In this document: positions 30,656-40,516 of the stretch, piece after piece
Layout: every line of letters starts with the position of its first letter
Numbering within the stretch: the stretch's first letter is position 1
DNA from: Bacilli bacterium
GTDB taxonomy: Bacteria > Bacillota_I > Bacilli_A > RFN20 > CAG-288
DNA: 64,000 nt
Assembly (NCBI GenBank): GCA_022652945.1
Contig: JALCRV010000005.1
Coordinates: 83,512 to 147,511 of the forward strand
Direction of reading: 5' to 3'
Made by a program: the position numbers and the translations under genes
The notes under the pieces: generated by a model
What the model was told of the DNA's origin: nothing
The model's database searches: none
The model's input: only the letters and a program-made list of their open reading frames with translations

Positions 30656-32512
30656 ATGGGGCAAGATAACTCAATCCTCGAGCCGCTCGAGATGTTTAAT
30701 AAACAGTTAAAAGGCCAGAACAGCGAAAATGCGGCTAAGTATTTTGATGAGTTTGCAAAAAAGGCTGGGATCGATCCGAAAGCCAATGCCCAAGCCGTTA
30801 ATGATTACAATCAAAAATGTCTCGCCCGAGACTTAGCTAAAAAGGAAGCCAGAAAGATTCATGCGAAGAAAGTGCTTTTGATCCTTTTAGGTTCTTTTGT
30901 CATCGCTGCCGGGGTCGTTTTTATCATCTTAGCGGTAGCTGCTCAGTTATTTATGCCGCTTTATATCTATATTCTTTTGGCAATTTTTCTGATCGGTGGC
31001 GGTATCGGGATCATCATCCTCACAAATAAGATGCTGAACGGGAAGATTAAAGATAAAGATCAGGCCTTAGCCGCTAGAGAGGCGGAAGCCCAAGCAGCTT
31101 TGCAACTCTGCTGGGCCATGATGAATCCTTTAAATTCCCTTTACGACTGGAATATGCAGGCGGATGTAATTAAGATGACCACCCCGCTTCTGGAGTTAGA
31201 TAAGAATTTCGATATCAAGAAATATGCTTACCTGGAAGAAAAGTACGGTCTTTCTCAGCTGGATGATTCTTTCCGCTCGGTTAATTTTGTCCAATCGGGA
31301 GCGGTCCAAGGGAATCCTTTCTTTATCAGAAAAGATTTGATTCAGACTACCTTTATGAAACGCTATACAGGTTCCATCGTCATTTCCTGGACCACGACAT
31401 CTAAAGACTCGGACGGAAATACTCAGATTGTCAATCATACTCAGACCTTAACAGCTTATGTTGATAAACCAGCCCCCGCTTACCATTACGAGACTTATCT
31501 GATCTACGCTAACGATGCCGCTCCTGATCTTTCTTTTTCCCGTATTCCTCAGGTCAGTATCAACGCCTCCGATAGAGATCTTAAACACCAAGTCGAAAAG
31601 GAAGAAAAGAAAATCCATAAGGCTTCAGAAAGAGCGGTCGATGATGCAGGACATCAGTTCACGGAGCTTTGGAATCCGGAGTTCGAGTCTCTCTTCCACG
31701 CTTTAGATCGGGACCAGGAAGTCCAATTCCGTCTGCTTTTTACTCCCTTAGCTCAGAAGAATGAATTGAACTTGATTAAATCAAAGGCACCTTACGGAGA
31801 TGACTTTAATTTCACGAAGGTTAAGTGTCTTAATATTATTTACTCCCGCCATTCTCAGGCTCTGGATTATTCCGGCAATCCCGGTTACTTTATCGATTAT
31901 GATTTAAATAACGCTAAGAAGAAATTCGTCTCTTACTGCGACAATTATTTTCAGGGCCTGTTTTTCGATATGGCTCCTCTGCTTTCCATCCCTCTTTACC
32001 AGCAAAATAAACCGCAGGAATATCTTTATAAGCAGGAATATGAAATGAATATCTCTCCTTATGAAGATATGGTCTTAGCTAACAGTTTCGACCGGAATCT
32101 TTTAAAGCCTCTTAATGCGGTCACTGAATCGATTCTCCGTACTTCCTTTGAAGGCAAAGAAGGCGATTCAGATAAAATCCGGATTACCGCTCACGCCTAC
32201 TCCGGAACGCAGATGGTGGACTATATCTCCGTCCTCGGTGGAGATGAAAGAATCCATCAAGTCCCGGTCTACTGGGTTAAATACGATCCAGTCAGCAAAG
32301 ACACCTTCATGGTCATTAAGAAATATCCGACCACCAGATACTCCTACAACCATCAAGGCTTAGCAGATCTCCTCTCCGCTTTTCAGACTAAGACCTTTGG
32401 AGCCTCCGGGTTGCATTATGAACGCTGTCTTTTAGCGATGTTGCTTGCTAATTCTGACTTAAGCCCAGAAGAAGGTAAAAAACTGGAGGAGTTAACTAAA
32501 GAAGGAAAATAA
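30656..32512 (+). CDS. Hypothetical membrane protein (618 aa; two central TM helices and a large C-terminal domain)
   Basis: There is no recognisable motif. Hydrophobic helices span residues ~72-125. An RBS and a clear ORF are present. Confidence 0.5.
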   Translation: MGQDNSILEPLEMFNKQLKGQNSENAAKYFDEFAKKAGIDPKANAQAVNDYNQKCLARDLAKKEARKIHAKKVLLILLGSFVIAAGVVFIILAVAAQLFMPLYIYILLAIFLIGGGIGIIILTNKMLNGKIKDKDQALAAREAEAQAALQLCWAMMNPLNSLYDWNMQADVIKMTTPLLELDKNFDIKKYAYLEEKYGLSQLDDSFRSVNFVQSGAVQGNPFFIRKDLIQTTFMKRYTGSIVISWTTTSKDSDGNTQIVNHTQTLTAYVDKPAPAYHYETYLIYANDAAPDLSFSRIPQVSINASDRDLKHQVEKEEKKIHKASERAVDDAGHQFTELWNPEFESLFHALDRDQEVQFRLLFTPLAQKNELNLIKSKAPYGDDFNFTKVKCLNIIYSRHSQALDYSGNPGYFIDYDLNNAKKKFVSYCDNYFQGLFFDMAPLLSIPLYQQNKPQEYLYKQEYEMNISPYEDMVLANSFDRNLLKPLNAVTESILRTSFEGKEGDSDKIRITAHAYSGTQMVDYISVLGGDERIHQVPVYWVKYDPVSKDTFMVIKKYPTTRYSYNHQGLADLLSAFQTKTFGASGLHYERCLLAMLLANSDLSPEEGKKLEELTKEGK

Positions 32513-32580
32513 AACTAAGTTGGCTTTATTACGGGGATGATATATGATTAATTTAACTTCTGATGAAAGGAAAAATCACT

Positions 32581-33249
32581 ATGGCAAATGAAATTGATGA
32601 AGTAAACGGACCGATTAAAGAAGAAGGTCGGGATATCCATGTAATCGATAAGCAGATTCCGGTTAAGGTCGGCCCTGGTTCGATGATTTTTGAGGTTGTC
32701 TTATGGGTGGCTGGAATTATTCCCGGCTTGATTTTCTTCATTATGAAAATCAAAGCCCAGAACTATCTAAGAGCCCTCCAGCAGAAAGTCCAACACGATG
32801 CTTCTACGATCGATAACTATCTGGAGCAGAGAGTCCTGATTCTGCAGAACTGCGCGAGGATTCTTGATAAAGCCATCTCTCTGGATAAAGATACGATGAC
32901 TCAGATCGCCGCCTACCGCGGGGGAGCTAATCCGAACAATGATGCTTTGAGAAATGACATTGCCTCCAAGATGGAGACGGTCGCCAATAAGATCAACATC
33001 GCCGCGGAGAATTACCCAACTTTACAGGCCCATTCCGAATTAGCTGATGCGATGCAGCAGAACAGCTACCTCCAGAAAGAAATCACCGCTGCCCGCGAGG
33101 TCTACAATGACACCGTCGGTCAGTGGAACCGCGATATCTTCCAGTGGCCGGTCAAGATGATTGTCGCTGCAAAAGCCGGTTATACTTCCCGTATTCCGTT
33201 CTCGATCTCTAACGAGATGAGAGAAAAAGCCAAGGGCACTTTCTTCTAA
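32581..33249 (+). CDS. LemA family protein
   Basis: An N-terminal TM helix (FEVVLWVAGIIPGLIFFIM) is followed by the LemA-like C-terminus AREVYNDTVGQWNRDIFQWPVKMIVAAKAGYTSRIPF (compare LemA aRryYN.tv..yN..i..FP). The start was placed at MANEIDE after an AAAGGA RBS. A rho-independent terminator lies at 33269-33294. Confidence 0.65.
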   Translation: MANEIDEVNGPIKEEGRDIHVIDKQIPVKVGPGSMIFEVVLWVAGIIPGLIFFIMKIKAQNYLRALQQKVQHDASTIDNYLEQRVLILQNCARILDKAISLDKDTMTQIAAYRGGANPNNDALRNDIASKMETVANKINIAAENYPTLQAHSELADAMQQNSYLQKEITAAREVYNDTVGQWNRDIFQWPVKMIVAAKAGYTSRIPFSISNEMREKAKGTFF

Positions 33250-33498
33250 ATCTGTTCTTGCTTATCTAGCCCCTTTTAGCCCAAGGGGCTTTTTCAATGC
33301 TTTAATTAAAAATGAGAAATAAAATTAAAAACCATATGAAAGGAAACTCAGAACAAAAACGATATTTTGAATATTGATTTAAACGGCTTTTTAAACTATA
33401 TTCAGGCTTAGGATTTATTCTCTGTCGCCTTAAAAAGCACTATCTCTTCTTAAGGGGTGATGACTTAAGAAAGATGATTATAAAGAAGGAACACTAAA

Positions 33499-34941
33499 AT
33501 GGAAAAACTCAGCTGTAATCCGTATCTGCCGGAGGGTGAATATTTTCCCGATGGCGAGCCGCATGTTTTCAATCATCGCCTTTACGTCTACACCTCCCAT
33601 GACCGCTACGGAGGCAAGGCTTATTGCGAAGGCGATTATATTGTCTGGTCAGCGGATATCGATAATCTCGGAGTCTGGACAAAGCAAGGTATCGCCTTTA
33701 AAAGAAAAAGCCCGAACAATCCTTCCGGGCGTCAGTTTATGTGGGCTCCCGATTGCGTGAAGGGAGAAGATGGCAAATATTACCTTTATTACTGCTATGC
33801 TTTTGATAATCACATCTACGTCCTGCAAAGCGATTATCCCGATGGGCCATTTAATCCTTACGGGAAAATCCATTATCCGGACGGAACTGATTACGGACAC
33901 GGAAAAAACGATATCGCTTGTTTTGATCCGGGTGTCTTTAAAGACGATGACGGACAGGTTTATGTCTACTCCGGGTTTTCTCCGCGTGAGCCGATGATTA
34001 AGATGCTTAAAATCCGCTGCCACCTGAATAATGTCACGAGCGATGGCAACCAGGTCGTTAAGCTGGAATCCGATATGCTGACCGTTAAAGGCGAGCCGAA
34101 AATGCTGATTCCCGGTATCGGCAATAGCCGTCAGACTTCTTTTCAAGGCCACGAGATGTACGAGGCCTCTTCATTAAGGAAGATCCGCGGAAAGTATTAC
34201 TTTATCTATTCGACGATTCTTTCTCACGAACTGGCCTATGCGATTTCCGATAAACCGGATGAAGGCTTTAAATTCGGCGGTGTTTTGATCTCGAACGGAG
34301 ATATCGGTTACCGCGGCTTAGAAGAGAAAGATGCTCATGCCTACTGGGGCAATAACCATGGCTCCATCGCGGAAGTCGGTGATAAATATTATCTGTTCTA
34401 TCATCGTCAGACCAATCGTAACGAACAAACTAGACAAGGATGTGCCGAACCGTTAACGATTAAAAAAGACGGCAGCATTCAAATGGTGGAAATGACCTCT
34501 TCAGGAATGAACGGGCCTTTCGAGCCTACCGGAATCTTCCCTTCTTATATCGCTTGTAATGTCAAAGGCAAGAACGGAGCGGTAAAGTGTGTGAGCTACG
34601 GCCTTATCCATACTAAAGGCTACTCCCGCTTCCCTTATATCGGAGAATATGAAAACGGCAAACAATGCGTGCTGAATATGCAAGATGGAAGCAAAGTCGG
34701 CTTCAAGTACTTCAAAATGAATGGCAAAAAGACCGTGAAAGTCGTCGTCCGTGGCCATCAAGGAAAGCTTCTGATTTCCGATACAATCGATGGGCTGATC
34801 AAAGGAGAAATTAACTTATCTAGATCCCACCGCTGGGCTTCCTTTTCCACAGTTGTTGATTTTGGAAAAGGCAAAAAAGCCATCTATTTCACCTACCAAG
34901 GCAAAGGAAAAGTCGATTTTAAGGAATTCGAACTGATCTAA
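33499..34941 (+). CDS. Glycoside hydrolase family 43 protein (beta-xylosidase/arabinofuranosidase-like)
   Basis: N-terminal GH43 hallmarks are present: NPYLPEGEYFPDGEPHVF, MWAPDCV and GKYYLYY, with the catalytic Asp and Glu context. Confidence 0.75.
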   Translation: MEKLSCNPYLPEGEYFPDGEPHVFNHRLYVYTSHDRYGGKAYCEGDYIVWSADIDNLGVWTKQGIAFKRKSPNNPSGRQFMWAPDCVKGEDGKYYLYYCYAFDNHIYVLQSDYPDGPFNPYGKIHYPDGTDYGHGKNDIACFDPGVFKDDDGQVYVYSGFSPREPMIKMLKIRCHLNNVTSDGNQVVKLESDMLTVKGEPKMLIPGIGNSRQTSFQGHEMYEASSLRKIRGKYYFIYSTILSHELAYAISDKPDEGFKFGGVLISNGDIGYRGLEEKDAHAYWGNNHGSIAEVGDKYYLFYHRQTNRNEQTRQGCAEPLTIKKDGSIQMVEMTSSGMNGPFEPTGIFPSYIACNVKGKNGAVKCVSYGLIHTKGYSRFPYIGEYENGKQCVLNMQDGSKVGFKYFKMNGKKTVKVVVRGHQGKLLISDTIDGLIKGEINLSRSHRWASFSTVVDFGKGKKAIYFTYQGKGKVDFKEFELI

Positions 34942-35015
34942 ATCTGAACAGTAAGCATTTTCCATCATCCTGTTAAGCTTTTCGGTTATGATGAAAACAA
35001 AAGGAGATTACCACA

Positions 35016-35849
35016 ATGATAATCGATGAAGACTTCACCTTACTTAACGGAAAGAAAATTCCCGCTTTAGGTTTCGGGACTTGGCAGATTAAAGAAGAAG
35101 ACGCCGAACAAGCATGCTTAACCGCCTTAAAGGCCGGCTATCGCCATATCGATACCGCCCAAGCTTACAATAACGAGGAAGGTGTCGGTCGAGCCATTAA
35201 AAAATCCGGCCTGAAAAGAGAGGATATCTATCTGACCTCGAAAGTCAAAGCCGAGATTAAGACTTATGAAAAGGCCAAGGCTTCCATCGAGGAATCCTTA
35301 AAAAAGCTCGATACCCCTTATATCGATTTGATGCTGATTCACGCTCCGCGCCCTTGGGTTGAGATGCCTCTACGCTTAAAAAGATACTTTAAGGAAAACC
35401 TCGAAGTCTGGAAAGCGATGGAGGAAGCTTATCAGGCCGGAAAACTAAAAGCGATTGGCGTCTCTAACTTCCAGGTTGATGATCTGGAGAATATCATCGA
35501 TCATTCCTCGACTGTTCCGATGGTTAATCAGGTGCGCTTTTTCATCTCTCAGGTTCCTGAGGATGTCTTAAAGTTCTGCCTGGATAAAAAGATCGTGGTT
35601 GAAGGCTACTCCCCGATTGCGACCGGACGTTTACTGAAAAGCAAGGCGATCGGCAAGATGGCGGAGAAATACTCCGTCTCCATCCCGCAGCTTTGCATCC
35701 GTTACGTCTATCAAAGAGGAGCCTTGCCCCTTCCTAAAGCCGTCCATGAAGAACATATTATCGCCAATACGAAAATCGACTTCACAATTTCCCAAGAGGA
35801 TATGACAGCTCTGAATAATCTGAAAAAGCAGATTATCGGAGCTTGGTAG
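35016..35849 (+). CDS. Aldo/keto reductase (2,5-diketo-D-gluconate reductase-like)
   Basis: IPALGFGTWQI, GYRHIDTAQAYNNEEGVG, IYLTSK and LMLIHAP are the AKR catalytic tetrad contexts. Confidence 0.85.
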   Translation: MIIDEDFTLLNGKKIPALGFGTWQIKEEDAEQACLTALKAGYRHIDTAQAYNNEEGVGRAIKKSGLKREDIYLTSKVKAEIKTYEKAKASIEESLKKLDTPYIDLMLIHAPRPWVEMPLRLKRYFKENLEVWKAMEEAYQAGKLKAIGVSNFQVDDLENIIDHSSTVPMVNQVRFFISQVPEDVLKFCLDKKIVVEGYSPIATGRLLKSKAIGKMAEKYSVSIPQLCIRYVYQRGALPLPKAVHEEHIIANTKIDFTISQEDMTALNNLKKQIIGAW

Positions 35850-35853
35850 CCCT

Positions 35854-36117
35854 TCAGCGGCTGATTCGCTTTAATAAGTCACCGATCTCGATCATCTTCT
35901 GGTCGAGATCTTTTTGATCCTTGGCATGTTCGACACAGGATCTTAAATGAGCCTGGATAACCATGTTATCGGCTTTTTTAAGACCAGCAATGGCAGCGAG
36001 AATCTGGTTGGAGACATCGATGCAGTAACTGTCTTCATCGATCATTTTCAACACCCCTTCCAGCTGCCCGATGGCGATAGCGATTTGATGTTTGACCGCT
36101 TTATGATCGGCAACCAT
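35854..36117 (-). CDS. csoR: CsoR/RcnR-family metal-sensing transcriptional repressor
   Basis: An 87-aa protein with the C-x(n)-H-x3-C ligand pattern (YCIDVSNQ...HLRSC), typical of Cu(I)-sensing CsoR. It lies directly downstream of copA. Confidence 0.8.
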   Translation of the reverse strand: MVADHKAVKHQIAIAIGQLEGVLKMIDEDSYCIDVSNQILAAIAGLKKADNMVIQAHLRSCVEHAKDQKDLDQKMIEIGDLLKRISR

Positions 36118-38658
36118 TTACTTCACCCCTTTAAATTCGTAACCCGCATCAACGATCGCTTGTTTCAAAGCTTCTTCCTTGATGCCATTAGGTGAATAAA
36201 CGACCGCATCCTTATCTTTTAAGGAAACGTTAACCGCGTTAACCCCCGAGACTTTCTTCAAAGCCTCACTAACGTGCATGACGCAGTGATTGCACATCAT
36301 GCCCTCGATTAAGATTGTCTGCTTCACTCCTTCTTGTTTAGTCTCTTCTTTCTTCTTGAATAACATATCTTCTTCCCTCCCTTTCTTTCCTTGCCCGTGA
36401 TTTATGTCTCTTCTTCTGAACAGGCGTAACCTTAAAGCGTTAAGTACGACGCTAACTGAGGATAACGACATCGCCAAAGCGGCGATCATCGGATTAAGTT
36501 GAATATTCAACGGCGGGAAATAAAGAATGCCAGCCGCTAAAGGAATCGTGATGACATTATAGAAAAAGGCCCAGAACAAGTTCATCTTAATGTTCTTTAC
36601 TACTTTCGAAGAAAGCTCATAAGCAGCGACGACATCGTTAATATCCGATTTCATCAACACGATATCGGCCGCATCGATAGCGACATCCGTTCCTGCTCCA
36701 ATTGCCAAACCGATATCCGCTTTCACTAAAGAAGGAGCGTCGTTAATCCCATCTCCGACCATGGCGACGATTAGTCCTTGTTTTTGAATGGACTCGATAT
36801 ATTTTTCTTTATCTTCCGGCATGACTTCGGCCTGATAGGAACTTAAGCCAGCTAAAGAAGCGATATGCTTAGCGGCCTTTTTGTTATCACCGGTCAAAAG
36901 CAGAGTCTTCTTACCTAAGCTATTCAAGGTTTGGATAGCTTGATATGAAGTATCTTTTAAGGTATCGGAAATTCCGATTAGCATCTTTAATTCTTTAAAG
37001 GAACTGATAAACAAGACGGACTCTCCCCGTTCGGAAAAGTCTTCATAAGCTTTAAAGACAGACGGAGAAAGAGCAATATGATTCTCTTCCATCATCTTCT
37101 TATTGCCGACTAAGTATTTCGTTCCTCCTTCTTCCCCTTCAATTCCTAGACCCGGCCGATAAAGGAAAGAATCGATTTTCTTTTCTTCTAAGTTTTTCTT
37201 CTTGGCGTACTCAATGACCGCTTTAGACAAAGGATGTTCCGACTGTCTTTCTAAAGCCGCAACAATCGAAAGCAAGGAATCATCTTCGTTGTAGATTTCA
37301 CTAACTGACATTTCCCCTTTAGTCAAAGTCCCGGTCTTATCGAAAACGAAGACATCCGCTTTTGAAAGTTTTTCAAAAGCTTCCGCGGACTTGATGATGA
37401 TACCGTTTTCCGCCCCTTTTCCAGTTCCCACCATAACCGCTACCGGCGTGGCCAAACCTAAGGCGCAGGGACAAGAAATCACGAGAACAGAAATAGCAAA
37501 ATTCAAAGCCTTTTCCACATCGTAAGAAGAAACGAATAACCAAACTAAGAAGACTATTAAGGCGATAGCCATAACCACCGGGACAAAGATCCCGGCTATT
37601 TTATCCGCCAAGTGAGCTAAAGGGGCTTTAGAGGAAGCCGCTTCCTGGACTAAGGAAGCGATTTTAGAAATCGCCGTGTCTTTCCCTAGCCTTTCAGCTT
37701 TAAAGATAAATGAGCCCTCCTTATTTAAACTCCCAGCGCTGACTTTTTGTCCTTTGTCTTTATAGATAGGTAAACTTTCCCCGGTTAAAGCTGATTCATC
37801 AAGGTTGCCATATCCTTCGATAATCGTCCCATCCGCTGGGATTGAAGAAGCCGGCTTCACAACTAAAAGATCTCCGATTTTTAAAGAAGAGACAGGCACT
37901 TCTTTTTCCTGACCTTCTTCTAAAAGCACAGCGGTAGCAGGAGTTAATAGCAGCAGACGGGAGATAGCTTCCGAAGTCTTTTTAGTCGCTCTGGATTCAA
38001 AAAACTTCCCCATCGAGACAAAACCGATAATCGTACCCGCTGATTCAAAATAGATTTTTTCCGAAAGGGCCATCAGTTCTTGTGAAGAAGCGGAAGCATT
38101 CTTCAAAACTATCATTTTAATGAAAATATAGATACCGTAAAGAATCGAGACCGCGCTTCCTAAAGCCACTAAGGAATCCATATTCGGGCTTAAGGAGAAT
38201 AAAGACTTAAAACCCCTGATAAAATACCCGAAATTCAAAATGACAATCGGCAAAAGAAAAACAATCTGCAGAGATAAAAGAAGCAATGGATCTTCGCTGA
38301 AGAAGGGCCAGGAAAACTGCATCGCCAGCATATGGCCCATCGAGACGTACATCAAAAGCGCTAAGAAGAACAAAGTGATGATCAGGATCAGCCTTTTCTT
38401 ATCGACTTCTTTTTTCTCTTTCTTTTCAGCCTCTGCTATATCCTTTTCTTTGCTGACTTCCGCTCCGTATCCAGCCTTCTTTACAGCTTGAATGATTTCT
38501 TTCTCATCAGCTAAAGAAGGGTCATAATCGACGACCATGCTATTTAGAAGCAAGGAGACATCAGCTTGTTTAACACCTTTGATTTGGCTGACCGCCTTAT
38601 TTACGTGCGCTTGGCAAGCGGCACAGGTCATCCCGGAGACTAAGAATTTTTCCTTCAT
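36118..38658 (-). CDS. copA: Copper-translocating P1B-type ATPase with N-terminal and C-terminal HMA domains
   Basis: An N-terminal HMA (GMTCAACQ) is followed by the TM CPC motif (ISCPCALGLATP), DKTGTLT, GDGINDAP, and an additional in-frame C-terminal HMA (IEGMMCNHCVMHVSEALKKVSGVNAVNVSL). Confidence 0.9.
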   Translation of the reverse strand: MKEKFLVSGMTCAACQAHVNKAVSQIKGVKQADVSLLLNSMVVDYDPSLADEKEIIQAVKKAGYGAEVSKEKDIAEAEKKEKKEVDKKRLILIITLFFLALLMYVSMGHMLAMQFSWPFFSEDPLLLLSLQIVFLLPIVILNFGYFIRGFKSLFSLSPNMDSLVALGSAVSILYGIYIFIKMIVLKNASASSQELMALSEKIYFESAGTIIGFVSMGKFFESRATKKTSEAISRLLLLTPATAVLLEEGQEKEVPVSSLKIGDLLVVKPASSIPADGTIIEGYGNLDESALTGESLPIYKDKGQKVSAGSLNKEGSFIFKAERLGKDTAISKIASLVQEAASSKAPLAHLADKIAGIFVPVVMAIALIVFLVWLFVSSYDVEKALNFAISVLVISCPCALGLATPVAVMVGTGKGAENGIIIKSAEAFEKLSKADVFVFDKTGTLTKGEMSVSEIYNEDDSLLSIVAALERQSEHPLSKAVIEYAKKKNLEEKKIDSFLYRPGLGIEGEEGGTKYLVGNKKMMEENHIALSPSVFKAYEDFSERGESVLFISSFKELKMLIGISDTLKDTSYQAIQTLNSLGKKTLLLTGDNKKAAKHIASLAGLSSYQAEVMPEDKEKYIESIQKQGLIVAMVGDGINDAPSLVKADIGLAIGAGTDVAIDAADIVLMKSDINDVVAAYELSSKVVKNIKMNLFWAFFYNVITIPLAAGILYFPPLNIQLNPMIAALAMSLSSVSVVLNALRLRLFRRRDINHGQGKKGREEDMLFKKKEETKQEGVKQTILIEGMMCNHCVMHVSEALKKVSGVNAVNVSLKDKDAVVYSPNGIKEEALKQAIVDAGYEFKGVK

Positions 38659-38683
38659 GGAACACTCCTCACATCGATATTAT

Positions 38684-38700
38684 ATACCCCCTAGGGGTAT
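38684..38700. promoter_or_regulatory. CsoR-box-like inverted repeat upstream of copA
   Basis: ATACCCCCTAGGGGTAT (arms ATACCCC / GGGGTAT) lies 26 nt upstream of the copA start codon. It matches the GC-rich pseudo-palindromic CsoR operators of Firmicutes (compare B. subtilis copZA ATACCCTACGGGGGTAT). Confidence 0.6.
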
Positions 38701-38787
38701 TTAGTTAAAAGATGCTCAAATCCTTTAAACCATTTGACTTAAAGTAAACTTGAAGTTCTATAATCCGTTTAAAGGAGCATAAATGAT

Positions 38788-39195
38788 ATGGACAAGTTTA
38801 CAGATCTTTTCCCCAGAGGTGAGAAGAATAGCGCTTATGAGAAATACTTTAAAGGCCAGAGTTATTTAAAACTTCTCGATGAAGGAATCATCGGGATCGC
38901 TAACGTCACTTTCGAGCCTAAATGCCGGAATAACTGGCATATCCACTTAGCCAGTAAAGGCGGAGGGCAGATTCTCCTATGCACTGGAGGCAAGGGCTAT
39001 TATCAGGAATGGGGACAAAAAGCCAGAATCCTTCTTCCCGGTGATGTGGTGATCATTAAACCAGGAGTCAAGCATTGGCACGGGGCTTATAAAGACAGTT
39101 GGTTTTCCCATCTGGCTATTAGTATCCCCGGTGAGAACCTATCAACCAAATGGGAAGAAGAAGTCAAAGACGAAGATTACAATAAACTTCCTTAG
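38788..39195 (+). CDS. Cupin domain protein
   Basis: A 135-aa protein with the cupin motif region (HIHLASKGGGQILLCTGGKGYYQEWGQ...PGVKHWHGA). Confidence 0.7.
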   Translation: MDKFTDLFPRGEKNSAYEKYFKGQSYLKLLDEGIIGIANVTFEPKCRNNWHIHLASKGGGQILLCTGGKGYYQEWGQKARILLPGDVVIIKPGVKHWHGAYKDSWFSHLAISIPGENLSTKWEEEVKDEDYNKLP

Positions 39196-39207
39196 GAGGA
39201 ACATAAA

Positions 39208-39537
39208 ATGAAAAAAGTCACATCCGGTCAAGAAGCCTTAGGAGATTTTGCTCCGCAGTTCGCTTCTTTAAATGATGATGTCCTCTTCGGTGAAGTCTGG
39301 TCAAAAGAAGACGAATTAAGTCCGAAAGAAAGAAGCTTAATTACGATCGCCGCCTTACTGGGCAGTGGAATCCTAGATAGTTCTCTTAAATACCATATCC
39401 AGAAAGGCAAGGAGAACGGCATCAATGAAAAAGAGATGGTCGCTTGCTTAACTCAGCTCGGTTTCTACGCCGGCTGGCCTAAAGCCTGGGCGGCTTTCAG
39501 AATGGCGAAAGAGATTTATCGAGGTGAAGGAAAATAA
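39208..39537 (+). CDS. Carboxymuconolactone decarboxylase (AhpD-like) family protein
   Basis: A 109-aa protein. The segments ERSLITIAALLGSG and MVACLTQLGFYAGWPKAW resemble the CMD/AhpD fold. Confidence 0.65.
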   Translation: MKKVTSGQEALGDFAPQFASLNDDVLFGEVWSKEDELSPKERSLITIAALLGSGILDSSLKYHIQKGKENGINEKEMVACLTQLGFYAGWPKAWAAFRMAKEIYRGEGK

Positions 39538-39704
39538 GAAGGCTGATTTATCTATAAAAGCAGCTTCCGTCTTTTCCCTTCTCTTCTTGAAAAAGCTTTT
39601 ATAATTCAAGAAGCTTATTAAAAAAGTTTTGAATCAAAGAGTAGCATCTAAGGAATAAGCCCTTAAGTAATGGATTTTTTAGTTATAAACTTTTTTATAA
39701 CTTT

Positions 39705-39777
39705 TTAGCACTCTTCTATTGACAGTGCTAATTATTGATGTATAATACAGTTAGCACTTGAAGAATGAGAGTGCTAA
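39705..39777 (+). promoter_or_regulatory. SigA-type promoter flanked by two CIRCE-like HrcA operators upstream of hsp20
   Basis: CIRCE-1 is TTAGCACTC-N9-CAGTGCTAA (39705-39731). The -35 TTGACA (39719-39724) and -10 TATAAT (39741-39746) are 16 nt apart. CIRCE-2 is TTAGCACTT-N9-GAGTGCTAA (39751-39777). The CIRCE consensus is TTAGCACTC-N9-GAGTGCTAA. Confidence 0.75.
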
Positions 39778-39797
39778 AAACAAGGAGGATAAAACTT

Positions 39798-40244
39798 ATG
39801 TCTACTAATGAAAATCAGATCGCTAAAAAGAATGAAGGAAGAAACGAAGGAAGAAGCTTAGGGTTTTTCGATCCGCTATTTGATGCTTTCTTCCCTGAAG
39901 AGAGGAACTCTAACCATCTGATGAAAACCGATATCAAGGAAAATGATGGTGGTTATGAATTAGCAGTCGAGGTTCCGGGCTTGAAGAAAGATCAGGTCAG
40001 CTTAAAGTATTCTGATGGTTACCTGACAATCGCCGCTAAGGAGAATATCTCCGATGATCATACTTCCAAGAATGGTAAGTTTATCAGACGTGAGAGATAT
40101 CTCGGCTCTTACGAGAGAAGCTTCTATATCGGCGAGATTGACCAGAAAGATATCAAGGCCAAGATGGAAGACGGGATTTTAAAGGTGTCCTTCCCTAAAG
40201 AAAAGGAACATCTGCCTACGGAAAACAGCATCCAGATTCTTTAA
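39798..40244 (+). CDS. Hsp20/alpha-crystallin family small heat shock protein
   Basis: The alpha-crystallin domain is recognisable: DIKENDGGYELAVEVPGLKKDQVSLKYSDGYLTIAA...ERYLGSYERSFYIG...DGILKVSFPK. The start was placed at MSTNEN after AAGGAGG. Confidence 0.85.
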   Translation: MSTNENQIAKKNEGRNEGRSLGFFDPLFDAFFPEERNSNHLMKTDIKENDGGYELAVEVPGLKKDQVSLKYSDGYLTIAAKENISDDHTSKNGKFIRRERYLGSYERSFYIGEIDQKDIKAKMEDGILKVSFPKEKEHLPTENSIQIL

Positions 40245-40516
40245 AGGATCGCTGTCTATATATAGAAAGAGTCGCGGTGAGAAAACACCGCGCTCTTTTT
40301 TTATAGAGTTCAAATATCAATAACTTTTGCCTTTATATATATCAGAAATTATTGCTTTTGTTCCTTTTTAACATATAGTTTTGTCCCTATTTTTTCAACA
40401 AATATTTAAAATATTTAGCCAGTTTAAGGCATTTTATGTGTCTATCTTTCTTTATTGAAATAGGCATTTTTAATAATTAACAGCCGCCTCATAATTAAAC
40501 CAAGGAGGAAAAAAAC

